Assembly (NCBI RefSeq): GCF_009914755.1
Contig: NC_060925.1
Source of the DNA: the human T2T-CHM13v2.0 reference genome, Homo sapiens
Strand: one strand, 5' to 3'
Length of the DNA: 64,000 nt
The notes beneath the pieces were generated by a model. The model did not search any database and was not told where the DNA came from. It saw only the letters and a list, made by a program, of their open reading frames with translations. A program made the position numbers and the translations under genes. The stretch's first letter is position 1, and every line of letters begins with the position of its first letter. Positions 50,707 through 64,000 of the stretch are shown piece by piece.

Positions 50707-51319
50707 TGTTCTGGGACCAAACTGAGGTTTGGGCTGCTTATTCTCCTGGCCTAATAACAAGATGCAGATGAACTGGGAGAGAAGAGCGTTTTTATTTTTG
50801 TAATCTGTTACAGGGAGAAGGCCTAGAAACTCTTGCCGGACCAACTCAAATTACATAGTTTTCCAAAGCTTATATACCTTCTAAGTTCAATGTCTATGTG
50901 TAAGTGTGCATTCATCTGAAGACATAAGTGGTTAACTTCTTCAAATCTATAACTAAGATCTGAGTACCAACACCTTCCTCTGGACCTCAGTAAATTTATT
51001 TAATCAAAATGGGTCCAGGTGCTCAGATGATTACCCTTATCTTGTCTCCTGCTAAATCATGGAGTTTTGGAGAGTTTCTTCATACCCCCAATAAAACTTG
51101 TTCAATCCTAAATGGGTCTTGTTAAGAATTTCTTCTTTATTTTGTCATGCTTCAAGGTCAAGGAAAGGCCTAGGCAAAACTCTTGGTGGACTTTTGTTAC
51201 ATTCCAACCTTTGTATGAGGGCACTGGCTCTATCAGCTTTTAATATTTAACCTAGCTACTTAGTCAGTACTGAAACAGTAGTAATGGGGGCCTGCACTAA
51301 TGAAACCTGGCCAGCCACA
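50707..51319 (-). mobile_element. Solo LTR (~610 bp, ERV; family name uncertain, LTR47-like)
   Basis: TG...CA bounded; minus strand carries a TATA (ggtatataag) and AATAAA; interrupts the MaLR PBS. Confidence 0.75.
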
Positions 51320-53284
51320 CCCATACCAATTTTCTGTATTAGCCCATTTTCACACTGCTATAAATAACTACCTGAAACTGGGTAATTTATAAACAAAAAG
51401 GCTTAATCGACTCATAGTTCCACAGGGCTGGGGAAACCTCAGGACACTTACAATCATGGTAGAATGCAAAGGGGAAGCAAGACAGGTCTTACATGGTGGC
51501 AGGAGAGAGAGAGTGTATGGGGGGTGGGGGTTGCCATTTTTAAATCATGAGATCTCATGAGAACTTGCTCACCATTCCAAGAACAGCATGGGGGAAAACT
51601 GCCCCCATGCTGAACAAAGAGCCAAACCATATCAATAACTCTCATTTTTTCATAGGACATCATTCTGCTATTTCCACTGAAGCTTGGTCTTGATTTTGGT
51701 ATGAGATTATTCTCTGTATTACTTCTCATTTGCCTCTGACATTCTTCAATTCTTTTCCTTTCTGTTTGATGTTTTTCCACTCTATCATCCCATGACAGCC
51801 TTCTTGTTGATAGCTGACTGGCTACTGATATTTGTTATGAACATACCAATTATTATTTTAATGATTTCCAACTTCTTTCAAATGTTGTGGTAAGCTATGG
51901 AAGCAAAGCATAGCAGGTGGTAAAAACAGCATGTTTTCAGAAATGTGAATAAGCACAACTCATTTGACTGGAACTCAGATTATATTTCACATTCATATGA
52001 AAGATATGAGATAGGGTTCTATGCCATTCACTATAATGTGCAAATATTTATCTAGTAAATGGTCATCTCTTGAGGCATATAACTGGTTTATATGTGGAAC
52101 TGGGATTGTAATGAACATCTGAGCAGTCCTTAGTACATTTGTCTAGACTTGGGAAATCATGTATTGAAGGTCACTGGGGAACAAAAATGCTAATGACTAT
52201 GCTAATTAAAATTATGTTTCAGTTCCAGAGTTCTTTGGTAAACATCTTACTGAATTGGCTAAGAATATAATAGAAGGCAGGCTGTTCAAGTAGCTGACAC
52301 TATAACCTCAGAGTCTCTGAATTCAGGATTTTTAAGAAGTCTACAATAAAGTCAAGATTTTTACTCCTTAATTTTCCTGTTCTGAGGCTATATTTGCACA
52401 ACACAATCAACCCTGCTGTTTCAATCAAATCAGTGAGAAAAAAATTCAGGAGAAGCAGATGTTTGGCATTTTGTATATGAAACAGCTGCTTGATTGTCTG
52501 AATTTTTCATTTTTGAACTAATCTTGCTGTCATAATACAGAAACATCCTGAAAATGGATTTCTTTGCTTGTGAAATGTAAGTAGCTTCCTTTAGAGAGAT
52601 TCTATGGGTTTAGCTACCTTAGATTTAATAAAGAATGGTTTAGATTGGCTAACATTGCAAGTACAGATAGGAAGAGGACACAATGGTGTTCAAGGAAAAC
52701 TAAATTGTTAATCCTTATGAGCACTGTTACAAATTTTATCTTAAATTCTATTCAGCAGTACAGTTATAACTGCAATAAATAATAAATTACTAATTGTTTT
52801 TATTTTCAAAAAGAGGTTAGAAGTCATATTTTCTGCTTATGGAATTAATAATTATTTGAAACTGTGGTTTTGCCATGATAGAATTTGGGTATAATTTTAA
52901 TACCTATCCTTTTTATTACTATTGTTTTTTATATATGTAGAATTTTATATTTCTTACAGAAAATGAATTTTTTAAAGTATTGTCCATTTAGCCCTTAAAT
53001 AAATCAATTCCAGCATCATATAGAAAGTCTTACATTAGCAAATTGCAATAACTATAAATTATAGAAATAAATATGTTTTTGAAAAAGATACAATAAGGTT
53101 AAATAGCTGTTATCATCAGTTTTTCAAACAGATTTTTGTTGGCCTATAAACACATAGTGGTTTCTAACATCTGAACCTTTGCACTAATTATTTGTTTTAT
53201 ATTTACCTACCTACTATGTACTCATGTCAAGCGATATAGTGAAAGGAAACAATTATTTGGATAATTCAATTCAGTATTTTGCTT

Positions 53285-53740
53285 AAGTCATTCAATAAAT
53301 CATCAATAAAATATTTTTGGAAAATTGTTATACTATTGTGTTAGGCACTTTAGAATGTAAATGTGGATGTATAGTAAGTCCTGTTCAAGTAATAACAGTA
53401 TAAAACATTAAATATATACAATAAGCAATGCAAATAATCAATGCATGTAATTTTTAGGGAATAATTATTTTATTCTAGTGGCAATTAGGAAAGTGCAAAC
53501 TGAATAAACTAGGTATTAACAGTGAATATGTTATAATTCTGAGAAATGGCAATGAGGGGATGACATTTCAGATAGACTGAACAAAGAGAATCAAAGCACA
53601 CTGAGGAGAAAGCATGATCAGAGGTGATCAGTTTGTATATGGCACCAACAGCACCAATTACTGCAAATGTACGTAGAAACAAGAATGCAAGCTGCTGATG
53701 ATTAATTCTGGTGTAGAGTGTGTTTAGTAAGCAGATAGAA
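53285..53740 (-). mobile_element. L2 fragment
   Basis: cattcaataaat...attgtgttaggcactttaga; gggatgacatttcagatagactgaa. Confidence 0.5.
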
Positions 53741-53827
53741 TTCAGTGCAAAGTGTATATGATATGACATAGGGAAATAAATATGTTTACAACCTTAACAA
53801 TGTAAAAACTCTTCTTTCATTGCTGGT

Positions 53828-54283
53828 TGTTATGGGTTGAATTGTGTCTCAAAAAATTTAAAAAACAAAAGTGAAGTCCTAAACCCCAGTACTTCAGATT
53901 GAGAGCTTATTTGAAAATAGGGTCATTTTAGATGTGATTATCTAAGTTAAAATAAGGTCATAGTAGAGTACGTTTAGCTCCTAGTCCATTATGACTGGTG
54001 TCCCTTTAAGAAGATGGCTTTCTAAAGACAGAAACACACGGGAAGAACATCATGTGAAGAAAAAAGCAGAGACTGGAGTTCAACAGCTGCAAGCTGGATA
54101 GACAAAGATTTCTGGTAAACTAATGGAAGCTAGGAAGAGGCAAAGAAGACTGGCCCTCTAGGTTTCAGGAGGTGCATGGCCCTGACAACACTTTGATCTG
54201 TAGCCTCTAAAAGACAGTAAATTTCTTTTCTTTTAAGGTACTCAGCTTTTGGTACATTATAGCAGCCCTAGGAAACTAATATA
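53828..54283 (+). mobile_element. MLT1C-type MaLR solo LTR inserted in a MER58-like fragment
   Basis: tgttatgggttgaattgtgtctc...gaagctaggaagaggcaa...gcagccctaggaaactaatata. TSD ctggt/ctggc. Confidence 0.88.
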
Positions 54284-55194
54284 CTGGCCATGCGAAAACA
54301 GGCCTCAGGCCATAGTTTGGTGGCCTGTGTCCTTGCATATAACTGCAAGGATTTCAAGAAATTGGAATTCATTTTCTTTGCTGGTTGGTTTGATTTGGTG
54401 CTATTTTAATTCAGTCTTACCTTGGAAAGGCAAGAAATACAAGTTGAGAAACTATGAAAATGTTATAGGATCATTCTCAAAAGATATTGGCTAACTGTGA
54501 ATATATGCATTGTCCAATCTAATGCACCAGGATCTAAACATAGATGTGGATATAAAGAAAAAATTTATATCTGAAATTAGACTTATTATGTCACAACAAC
54601 CAAAAAGATATTGAGGTTAAGGAGACTATTTTAATACTTTATTAATAAACAAAAAAATCGCTCATCTAAACCTGAATACTTTGTTTTATTCTAATTGCTA
54701 CTCCTAGAAAATATATACGATCATGAAGTACACATAAAAGGAAAGACTCTAAGGCAAAGGGTTAGAAATAATCTAGTTAGAAATATTGCTATATATCTGT
54801 AAAACTAATCACTCAATCTTAATAAATACAGAAAGAACCATATGAAAATAAAATACTGGTATTAATGATGCATACTTAGGACAAATCAAAGCTGTACATT
54901 TTCTCCAAAATTTTGTGTTAGTAAATATGAATAGTTTTTTAAATTATTTCAATATAAAGTAAAAGTAACATTCACTGGCATAAAGAATATAAATTACTTA
55001 AAATAAAATGAAAAATTTAATAAGAAAATTTGAAATTTAATAAGATTAAAACATGTTAAATAATTAGTTTCTGATTTGGGGTAATAACAAGAGTAATAAT
55101 ATATAGCTAATTTCATTGTTTTCTTTATATAAGATACAATTCTAAACATACCATAAACACTAACTTTAATTTTCATATAACATTACTGTGAGAT

Positions 55195-55350
55195 AACTAT
55201 TAACGCTATCTCCATTTTTACAGGTCAGAATACTAGGGTCTAGAGAGTTTGGGTAACTAGTGTAAGGTCACTTAGGTGTTAAGAGGGACAACTGGAGTTT
55301 AAATCCACACAGTCTGGCTCCAGAATCTTCAAACCAATGTACCACCTCTC
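55195..55350 (-). mobile_element. MIR fragment
   Basis: tctccatttttacagg...agagagtttgggtaactagtgtaaggtcac...ctggagtttaaatccacacagtctggctccaga. Confidence 0.7.
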
Positions 55351-56014
55351 AAACTGTTAAAAGACTCACATATATTAATCAATTTTTTGTCAGCTATGAA
55401 AGGTAATAGATATTGACTATTTTTAAAAATGTCAAATATAGAAAAGTTCAAGGGAGAAAATAAAAGCAGGTATACTCCTGGCACTCATAGTTAAATTATA
55501 TTGTCATTTTGATGTTCCACCAGCCTCATATATAGATTTTGGTATGTTCACGTGTACGTATGTGCATGTGTACATTTTAAAAGGCACTTAAAAACATTAG
55601 GAGCAAAACGTATATCCGATGGCTTGTCTCCATCATTTCTGTTGATACATTTTGTTAATAATCTATTTTTTTCTTAATTTTCCAGAACCTTAAATGGCAA
55701 TGCAATTTAATCTTTAAATGCTTTGAAATATTAATTTCTGATAAAAAATTTGGACAAAATATTTCTATTTGAAAACTCATTTGCAAAAATAAATTTTATG
55801 AAAATTTAATATAATTTATGCCCATGTCCACATGTCCATTAAAATAATAACTTATCTATTATCTAAATATTGAAAATTAACATAAATAAAATATTTGTAT
55901 ATATAGTCATGTTCTTTAAACAATTTTTACAAAGAATACTTTTTTCAATTCATTGTTTAAACATTTCAACAACAAAAAATGCAATCTGTTTTCAAGACTG
56001 CATATTTAAAAAAA

Positions 56015-56905
56015 TATGTATTTTATTTTATTGTGGTAAGAACAATTAGCATGAGATTTACCATCTTAAAATTTTTGAAGCTTACAGTACATTATTATTT
56101 ATTATAGGTACACTGTTGTATAGCAGATCTTTGGAACTTATGCATCTTGTATGACTCAATATTATGCCCCCTGATTAGAAACTCTCTCTTTTCCCCCACA
56201 TCCCATCCTCTGGTAACCACCATTCCACTCTTTGACTCTCGGAATTTGACTATTTTATGTATTTCACATAAGTGGAATCATGCAGTATTTTTCTGTGACT
56301 GTCTCACCTCATTTAATTTCCTCCAGGTTTATCCATATTGTTTCATCCTGTAGAATTTTCTTCTTTTTTAAGGCTGAACAGTATTTCGTCATTTATGCAG
56401 ACCACAGTTTATTTATTCATTCATCTGTGAAGGGACATTTAGGTTGTTTTCACATCTTGGCTATTGTGAATAGTACTGCAATGAACATAGGAGTGCTAAT
56501 ATTTCTTCCAGATCCTGATTTCAATAATTTTGGATGAATAGTCAGAGTGAGGTTGCTGGGTCATATGGTAGTTTTATTTTCAATTTTTTAAGGAAACTCC
56601 AAACTGTTTCCCATAGTGGTTAAACCATTTTGCATTCCCATCAACACTGTACAAGAATTTTGATTTCTCCATGTCACACTGGCAATAATTGTATCTCTTT
56701 TTAAAAAAATAATAACCACTTTGACAGGTGTAAAGTGACATCTCATAGTGGTTTTCATTTGCATTTCCCTAATGATTAGTCATGTTGATTGGTTTTTCAT
56801 GTACCTATTTCCTGTGTTTTTTCATGTGCCTATTGGCTATTTGTATTTTTTATAATGTCTATTCAAGTCTATAGCCCATTTTTAAATTGGGTTATTAGTC
56901 TTTAA
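56015..56905 (-). mobile_element. L1MA10/L1MB-type 3' end
   Basis: ttattgtggtaagaaca...ctctggtaaccaccattccactc...ttcacatcttggctattgtgaatagtactgcaatgaacatagga. Confidence 0.88.
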
Positions 56906-57360
56906 TGAAAAAACTTGATATATACCCAGGAAGAGTGATCAAAATACAATTTTTTATGAAGAGCTAATATTGAATATTCAAGAAAAGTAATTCACCAGAA
57001 CTATTTATTTCTTTGTTTCTGTCATCAATTTGGTTTTATTCTGCTTGAAATACATTTAAATTTTTGTTGCACTTTGTTTCAAACAACTGCAATATTCCAC
57101 TAAATTATTAATGAATGGAGTTCCAAAAACTTTCATGTTTTGCAGTGTTAGGACATAACAGTTATTGAAAATGGAGTATGTAAGCATTAAGATGTTGATA
57201 TTAGTACATAGTAAAGAAAGGGAAGAACTCAGCAAACTATAAAGTGAGAACTCCAGTGGTATAGGAGACTTAATTTTGAATGTAATTAAGGTAATGTGCA
57301 TATGTGAGTTTATTTTGGGGGGCAAATTTCTAAAATGAAAACTACTTAATCTTGAAAATA

Positions 57361-57559
57361 TAGGCACTCCTTGACTTACAGTGATTTGACTTACAATTTT
57401 TTTTACGGTACCATAGTGCAAAAGTGATACTCAATCAGTATATCCCTCAACTGACAATGGGATTATATCTGGCTAAACCCATGGGTTGTTGAAACTATTG
57501 TCAAGTTGAAAGTACATTTATCCAGACATAATCCCATTGTAAATTGAAGAACATTTATA
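57361..57559. mobile_element. MER47 (Tigger5-derived) MITE, internally deleted
   Basis: ccttgacttacagtgatttgacttacaattttt...ctcaactgacaatgggattatatctggctaaacccat...cataatcccattgtaaattgaagaacat. Confidence 0.75.
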
Positions 57560-59917
57560 GGCACACTTTTTAGATTTTAGATTTAAATTGTTCTCTGTAA
57601 TATTTATATCAATTTTTACCAGCAAATACTGTTTATAGATACTGTCCCTGAGTTAAAATTACTCCTGAGAGATTATGTCAGTCATATAAAAATGTTATCT
57701 CAAAAAACAAAGTGATACAATAGACATTAATTAGTGATTAATTAATATTAATCATGTTAACGGTAATCTAAGAGATTGTATTTATTTTTTATTTTTCTTC
57801 TTGAAACTCCTAATTAAACTCACCTAAGTGAAACAAAAGAGTAAAAACACAGTTTCAGACTTCAATGTTGATGGAAAAAGTGTATTTTACAGCACAAGCC
57901 ATAACTTCCTTTGTAACTTTTATGGCTATCTTCACCAAATGACAACTCAAAGCTTCAATAACTTCTCCTTCTCTGTACTCTTATTAAATTTTATCATCAG
58001 CACATAATTTATTTCTTCACCCATTTCAAATAATTTTGTATTTAATCTTTTTTGTTCAACTTATCTAGACCAGTATATGACTAATGTTTTAGATCACCTG
58101 CCACTTTAGTAAAAGAGAAGTTGAAGCAGCACATTCAATATGTGAACATTTATTTATTTAATGGTGTCTGCTGGTATAAATATTATAAGCACATAATACA
58201 ACATGTACAAAATATTGAAAAGATTATGTGCATGTACACATACATAGAAAGTTCAAATGTTTTCTCCTTGCACTCTGATAAGTCAATTTAAAAATGAATC
58301 AATATAAAAATCATAACTACAGGCCAAGTGTTTGCAAACTTTTTAATTAATGTGCCATGCAATCAAGATATTAAACTTTGCAAGCTACCTTATATCTCTG
58401 TTGCATTTAAAATTTTTTGTGCCACAACCAATTAAAATATAAGAAACATTCTTGGCTCTTAGGCCTATAAGAACAGACCAGAAATCAAATATCATCTGTG
58501 CTTTGCAGGAATTTGGCAACACCTGCTTTAGACTATGATTTCCTTTAGCTTGAAACAATTGTATCTTATTTTTCATGAGCTTTCAGGAATTATGTTTCAC
58601 TTTTTATATGTAATATCCACAGCATGGGCTATAAGCCTTAAATAAATTATTGTATAACCACACTTACTTATATAAATAATAGAAAACATACACTTAGGAC
58701 AGTCAATGTTATTTGGGGGAGCTACTTGCTCAACTACACTGAGGCACCAGAATATCAACTCCAACACATTGGCAAGTACCTCCTATTTCAGACATGTAAC
58801 GATAATATGAATACCTGAAGAAACAGTTTCTAATGTGACAAAATTGCTTAATTCATTTCAGACTTTATTTTTCTAGTTCTGCTGATCTTCTTAGTGCCTT
58901 ACTCTTATTGTCCTATTGCCATGTGTGGCTCTCTGGTCATGTCTTTGATATAATACCTTTATTATTATTTGCATAAAATAGTTCCTCTTTGTTCATGCAT
59001 CTGTTCACAGATCATTTTACCAGTTTATGGTACCTTTAACGTCTATTCACACTAATATCCAGAAAATAGTGTGTTGCTAGGAAAATTTTTGTTTGAATTA
59101 ATTTTTACCAAAGGTATGACTTCTCTTTAAGGCACTGCTTTGTCTATCTTTCAACATAGGATATGTCCTGCCATTATTTTATTAAAGTGCCAGCAATTGG
59201 GTGGTCATTTTAGACTCAGTGATTTTTTGAAGCATAGATTATAGACTGGGTGAATTACATTTAGCTTCATCACTGGACAGAAATATGAAAACCATGGCAC
59301 TTTTTTTCTGTGTAAAAATGAAGCAGTTTTCCTTCACTGTGTTTTGAATAGAAGACACGGTTCTACGTGAATGATAAACACTGCTCTTGCTTTTTAGGAG
59401 AACAAAAGATTGAGGAGGAACCACCGGCTTTTTTCTCTTGCTATTATCTCCCAATCTTTCCACCAGTGGCTTTTGTTGTTGCTGTTTATTTCTGTGTGAT
59501 GTATAAGGGCATGTGTGCTCCATATTCACATGCATTATTTTATTATGTTATTTACTTTCACAACATTCTTAAAATACCAGATAGACTTTATTAGAAAGAA
59601 AAGTAACTTTTGCAAAGGATTATCTAAATACACATCAACAAATAGCTGTGTGTGAGAGCATGCATGCCTGTGTATGTGTGTATTTGCATGAAAATCACTG
59701 TGGGCTAAAAGAATGAATTCAACAATCTGATGTGCAGGTTGGGTATACATTCACTTAAGTTCTGTACCTCCTACATAAAATTTGAGACAAATCAAATTTT
59801 CTAATTATGTGAAATTATTTAAGGTGCATGATTATGCATGCTCATATATCTATTTTTCATTAAAGTTTTTTAAAATCTCTGAAAACTTTTTTTCACTGCC
59901 CTTAGGGATTCTCTAGC

Positions 59918-60100
59918 TAGTGGTGACCACATTGTGATTCCTGGACGAACAGCCGCAGCACCCCCTGGGAATGTGCTACAAATGCAATCTGTGGCCCTAC
60001 ACCAAACACACTGAGCCAGAAATCAGGATGGAACTGATATATTCATTTGAGCAAGGCTTCCCTGTAATTCTATTACATGCAAAAGTGTTAGAACCACTAC
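59918..60100. mobile_element. MER5A (hAT-Charlie MITE)
   Basis: tagtggt...cagcaccccctgggaatgtgctacaaatgcaa...aaagtgttagaaccact. Confidence 0.8.
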
Positions 60101-60118
60101 TATAGAAAAGGTGTAAAA

Positions 60119-60490
60119 CAGGGGTAGCCAGCCCCCAGGCTGCAGACTGGTAAGAGTCCTTGGCCTGTTAGGAACTGGGCTGCACAGCAGGGGCTGAGCC
60201 ACTGGGTAGCAAAGCATTACTGCCTGAGCTCCACCTCCTGTCAGATCAGATCAGCAGAGGCATTACATTCTCACAAGAGCTCAAACCCTATGGTGAACTG
60301 CACATGCAAGGGACCTAAATTGCAATGCTCCTTATGAGAATCTAATGCCTGATGATCTGAAGTGGAACAGTTTTCTCCGGAAACCATTCTACATCCAATC
60401 TCACCCCCACCGCTCCCCTCATCCCCCATCCATAGAAAAATTGTCTTCCATGAAACCAGACCCTGGTGTCAAAACGGTTGGGGACTGCTG
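60119..60490 (+). mobile_element. MER1B (hAT-Charlie MITE)
   Basis: tggcctgttaggaactgggctgcacagcag...gctccttatgagaatctaatgcctgatgatctg...ggttggggactgctg. 8-bp TSD gtgtaaaa/gtgaaaag. Confidence 0.92.
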
Positions 60491-61590
60491 GTGAAAAGAC
60501 ATAACCTCTATTAATTGTGTCTGTTACTGGTTTCCTTCTCTGCTATCTCTAGGACCAAAATAATGGAAGCATTTTCTACAGTCACCTGATGAATGCCTTT
60601 TGTTTTTGAGAATTCCTCTTCACTATAATGAAGATCCTGTAAGAGACTGTTAATGGTGCATGGTTCCCTTGCTATCACTTTCAGCAGCCTAAAATTCTAG
60701 TATTATAAAAGATCCTGGGGTGCAAAATACATTTTTCAGCCCCTTAATTATGTGCCACATCACTTGTTTGCTTAATGAGAAACAGGTGGCTTATTTTCAA
60801 TTGCTACCATTTATTCCTTTGACATAAACTTGTTTTCATTACATTTTCATGGCTCTTTAATTTGCTTGTTATAATATTACTTCCTCTGAAGGTATAACTA
60901 GAAACTTCAAGAAAGGCTGGCATGCATTACCTTGTTGTACATCTGTACTAAAATATTCTCAGTTCCACTGAGAGCTTCACCAGAAGAAATGGAAATAGAC
61001 AGGTTAAGTGGAAAAATGAACTTATACGATAGATATCAAGGTGAAACTTGAACAAAGGAAACTAATTTCACTTATTTGTTTTAACCCAAAGAATAGAAAA
61101 ATAATGTGATTTAAAACTAAACCTTGATTCAATTTATCACAAATAAATTGATATGAATAGTATTATGCTAAATATCTTTTATAAACATAGCCAGAAAGTT
61201 AAAGTAATAAGCAATTACCATGTAAATATAAATTAATCCTACATGACCTGGATTTAAAAAGAAAAGGTAAACTAGGATGTAAAAATATTTAATTTAGTCA
61301 CTAGCCATATCAGAATAAAATTTGGTATATGATATATTCCTATAAATAATTCTCTCATGTAGTCTTTCAAAAGAGTAGTCAAAATAAAGCCCATTTATTG
61401 CATCAGTCTTTAGATGTTCATAATATGACATGCAAATTAAGACAAGGCCAGAAGTCACATCGTAGGAAAACTAATTGCATAAAGTGAAACAACAGATTGA
61501 CTTATTTTTCTCTTATCTCTATTAATAAAACTTTTGTGTTCCTTGAGAATAATGGCAATATCTTATGTAGTTCTTTGAAAATCCCTTTCT

Positions 61591-61885
<295 letters not shown>

Positions 61886-62214
61886 TCAGTTGGCCAGATA
61901 AACCTTTTATTGAATCCCTGTGTGCTGACTGTATAGATATAAAACAACCTGTGTCTGTTATCAAAGGCTTCCCATTGTTCTTACTGTAGATTTACCACAA
62001 CTTTTAAAAATAAAATATTTTAGTTAATAAAATTTTTGTTAGTTATATTGACCTTAATTGTATTAAAAATGATTTACGAACATATTTTAGACTAAAATTT
62101 ACCTACTAAGAAGTTTATAATTATTTTAATATCTCCATAATTGCTTCCATTATCTTAGTTTTGTCTTGTTTTGTATTCTAATTTTTTCCCTAAACTCTGT
62201 CATCTTTAATTATA

Positions 62215-62345
62215 TAATTTGAGTCTCAGTTTTATCTTCTGAAAATGAGGACAATAACCACTATCTGAAGGATTATGTTAAGGATCTTGATAAAATCCAG
62301 GAGAATTGTATCTTACATAGATGTTAGGTTCTAGCATCAGTCCTT
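62215..62345 (+). mobile_element. MIR fragment
   Basis: tgagtctcagttttatcttctgaaaatgaggacaataac...gattatgttaaggat. Confidence 0.6.
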
Positions 62346-62699
62346 AAAGAAAAATAAAAATCTTTAGTAAAAAACTACCCTTTAAACAAACCCTAAATTT
62401 AAGATTCAAACAAACCTTAAATTTTCCATAAAGAAGAAAATTATGGTTTTGGTGATGCAATCCTTACACAGCTCCACAATATTTATCTCTTAGGGCAAGA
62501 TGTGTTTCAGAATTCAGAATAGTTTGTATTTTACAAAATGAATAGGTGCGATATAACTTTTCAAGTAATGCTTTACATGGGTTTCTCCCAGAACACTGTG
62601 ATCAGGCACATTGATATTTCTCCAATGTAAATGCGTGCAGGAATTATGCAGATGTTTATTGGAAGAGCTATTAAGCTAGAGGGAATATTAGGTACAAAG

Positions 62700-64000
62700 T
62701 CACTGAGTTGGAGAACATTTTGGTGTTTAGGAAAATAATATAGAAGCAAGGTGTGCCTGTGTCAGTGTGCATAGGTAGAAGAGTGAGAGAAAAGTTGATC
62801 ATGGAGATGGCAGTGGGTCTGAACTGTCTGGCTATGTTGGCCACTGAATGGACTGTGGCTATGACTGAAAATACAATGTGAAATCATTGAGAGCTTTGAG
62901 TATGGAGGTGATGTGATTTGTTTTACATTTTAAAAAGATAACTTTGACTTCTGTATTTAGAGTAGACAGGGATATGGATGGAACTAAAAACAAAAGCAGA
63001 GATGGGTTAAAAGGACTTGAAGAAAATTCGGTGAATCAGATTAGTAAACGTGGAGGTTTTTTTGGGGGGATGGATTTTAAGGAACAACTAATACGGCTTT
63101 CTAATGGGTTAGATATGGGCTGTAAACAAAAAAAATGAGTTCACTACAGATTTTTAGTTTCAACAACTCAAAGGATAAGATTGTCATTTACTGAGATGAA
63201 GAATATTGCAAAATCTGCTGATTTTAATATAAAAATATTATGACATTTGTGGCTAGGTATAGTTCATATGTCTACTAGATAACTGTATGGAGATATCAAA
63301 TAGGTTACTAAGTCTTGAGATCAAGATAACTCTCTAGACTGGAGATATACATTAAAGAGTCCTCAGTAAGGTGATTATATATAAAATCATGAGATTGAAT
63401 GATGTTATAGAGAGAAGGGGTAATGACATTATAGAAGAAACAAAGAAGAGTTACTAGGTCTAAACACTTGGTCTAAGTTTGACCTTTGGATATCTGTGAG
63501 AGTACTAAGATCCACAAAGAAGACTTAGAAAGAACAATGTAGAGTGTGAGAAAGAGTGATGTCCTGGGACCAAATGAACAACATGTTTAGAAGAGGAGGT
63601 AATGAATAATTATATGAAAGATCAAGTAAGACACTAACTGGGAATTGACCATTGAATAAAGAAATATGGAAGTCACTGGTGGCCACCAAAAAAGTTGCCT
63701 CATTGGTATGTAGTAGATATTAAAGACTAATTGAATGAGTTCAAGAAAATATAAGAATAGAAAAATTAGAAAATATGAAGGTAGACAGAAATTTTGAGGT
63801 GATTTTCTGTTAGATGGGAAGAGAAATGGGATACTAGTTTTAAGGAAACATAGGTTCAAGGGAGATATATATTCCCTACACAGAAGCTAAAAAAATACTT
63901 CACCAAAAGTTATGGTAGTGGTCGTAGTGGTCATGAATCAGCAGAAGGGTCAATATATGATATAGGACAGAGAATTGTTGGATTGACTTTCCTGAGACAG
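62700..64000 (-). mobile_element. L2a-type LINE-2, long decayed fragment running to the window end
   Basis: gaaatcattgagagctttgagt...gatgtgatttgttttacattttaaaaagataact...tcatttactgagatgaaga...gatcaagtaagac...ggaagtcactggtggcc. Confidence 0.8.

Larger units (their letters stand above)
46538..51634 (-). mobile_element. Full-length MSTA-type MaLR provirus (LTRs 46538-46902 and 51335-51634) carrying two nested insertions
   Basis: Perfect 5-bp TSD ATAAC at 46533-46537 and 51635-51639. PPT next to the left LTR and PBS region next to the right LTR. Internal sequence is colinear across both inserts. Confidence 0.92.

Noticed and set aside
62480-62640. Possible MER96B-like DNA transposon fragment
   Set aside because: Similarity too short and diverged to call from memory.

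Overview
AT-rich, CpG-poor primate genomic DNA (human or close relative, judged from AluY-type, THE1/MST and MER1/MER30 elements). It looks intergenic or deep-intronic. I find no protein-coding gene, intact RNA gene or CpG island, and all ORFs in the track are explained by repeats or chance. Much of the window is fossil transposable elements. These are a long L1PB/L1MA-type copy (1-4640), several older L1M/L1ME and L2 fragments, nine Alus, a 3'-truncated HUERS-P-type ERV1 with a 5' LTR and tRNA-Pro PBS (7660-11215, minus), several solo LTRs, hAT and Tigger MITEs, and a 5.1-kb nested MaLR structure (46538-51634). Subfamily names and the consensus/tRNA sequences used for comparison are recalled from memory; coordinates without a TSD are approximate. 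I cannot support a new biological system here. The leads most worth following are: (1) tRNA-Glu-like remnants and two tandem gag starts inside the ERV; (2) a locally templated inverted/direct patchwork at 16385-16504 resembling a polymerase-theta repair scar; (3) a complete MaLR nested inside another complete MaLR whose PBS is split by a third LTR.
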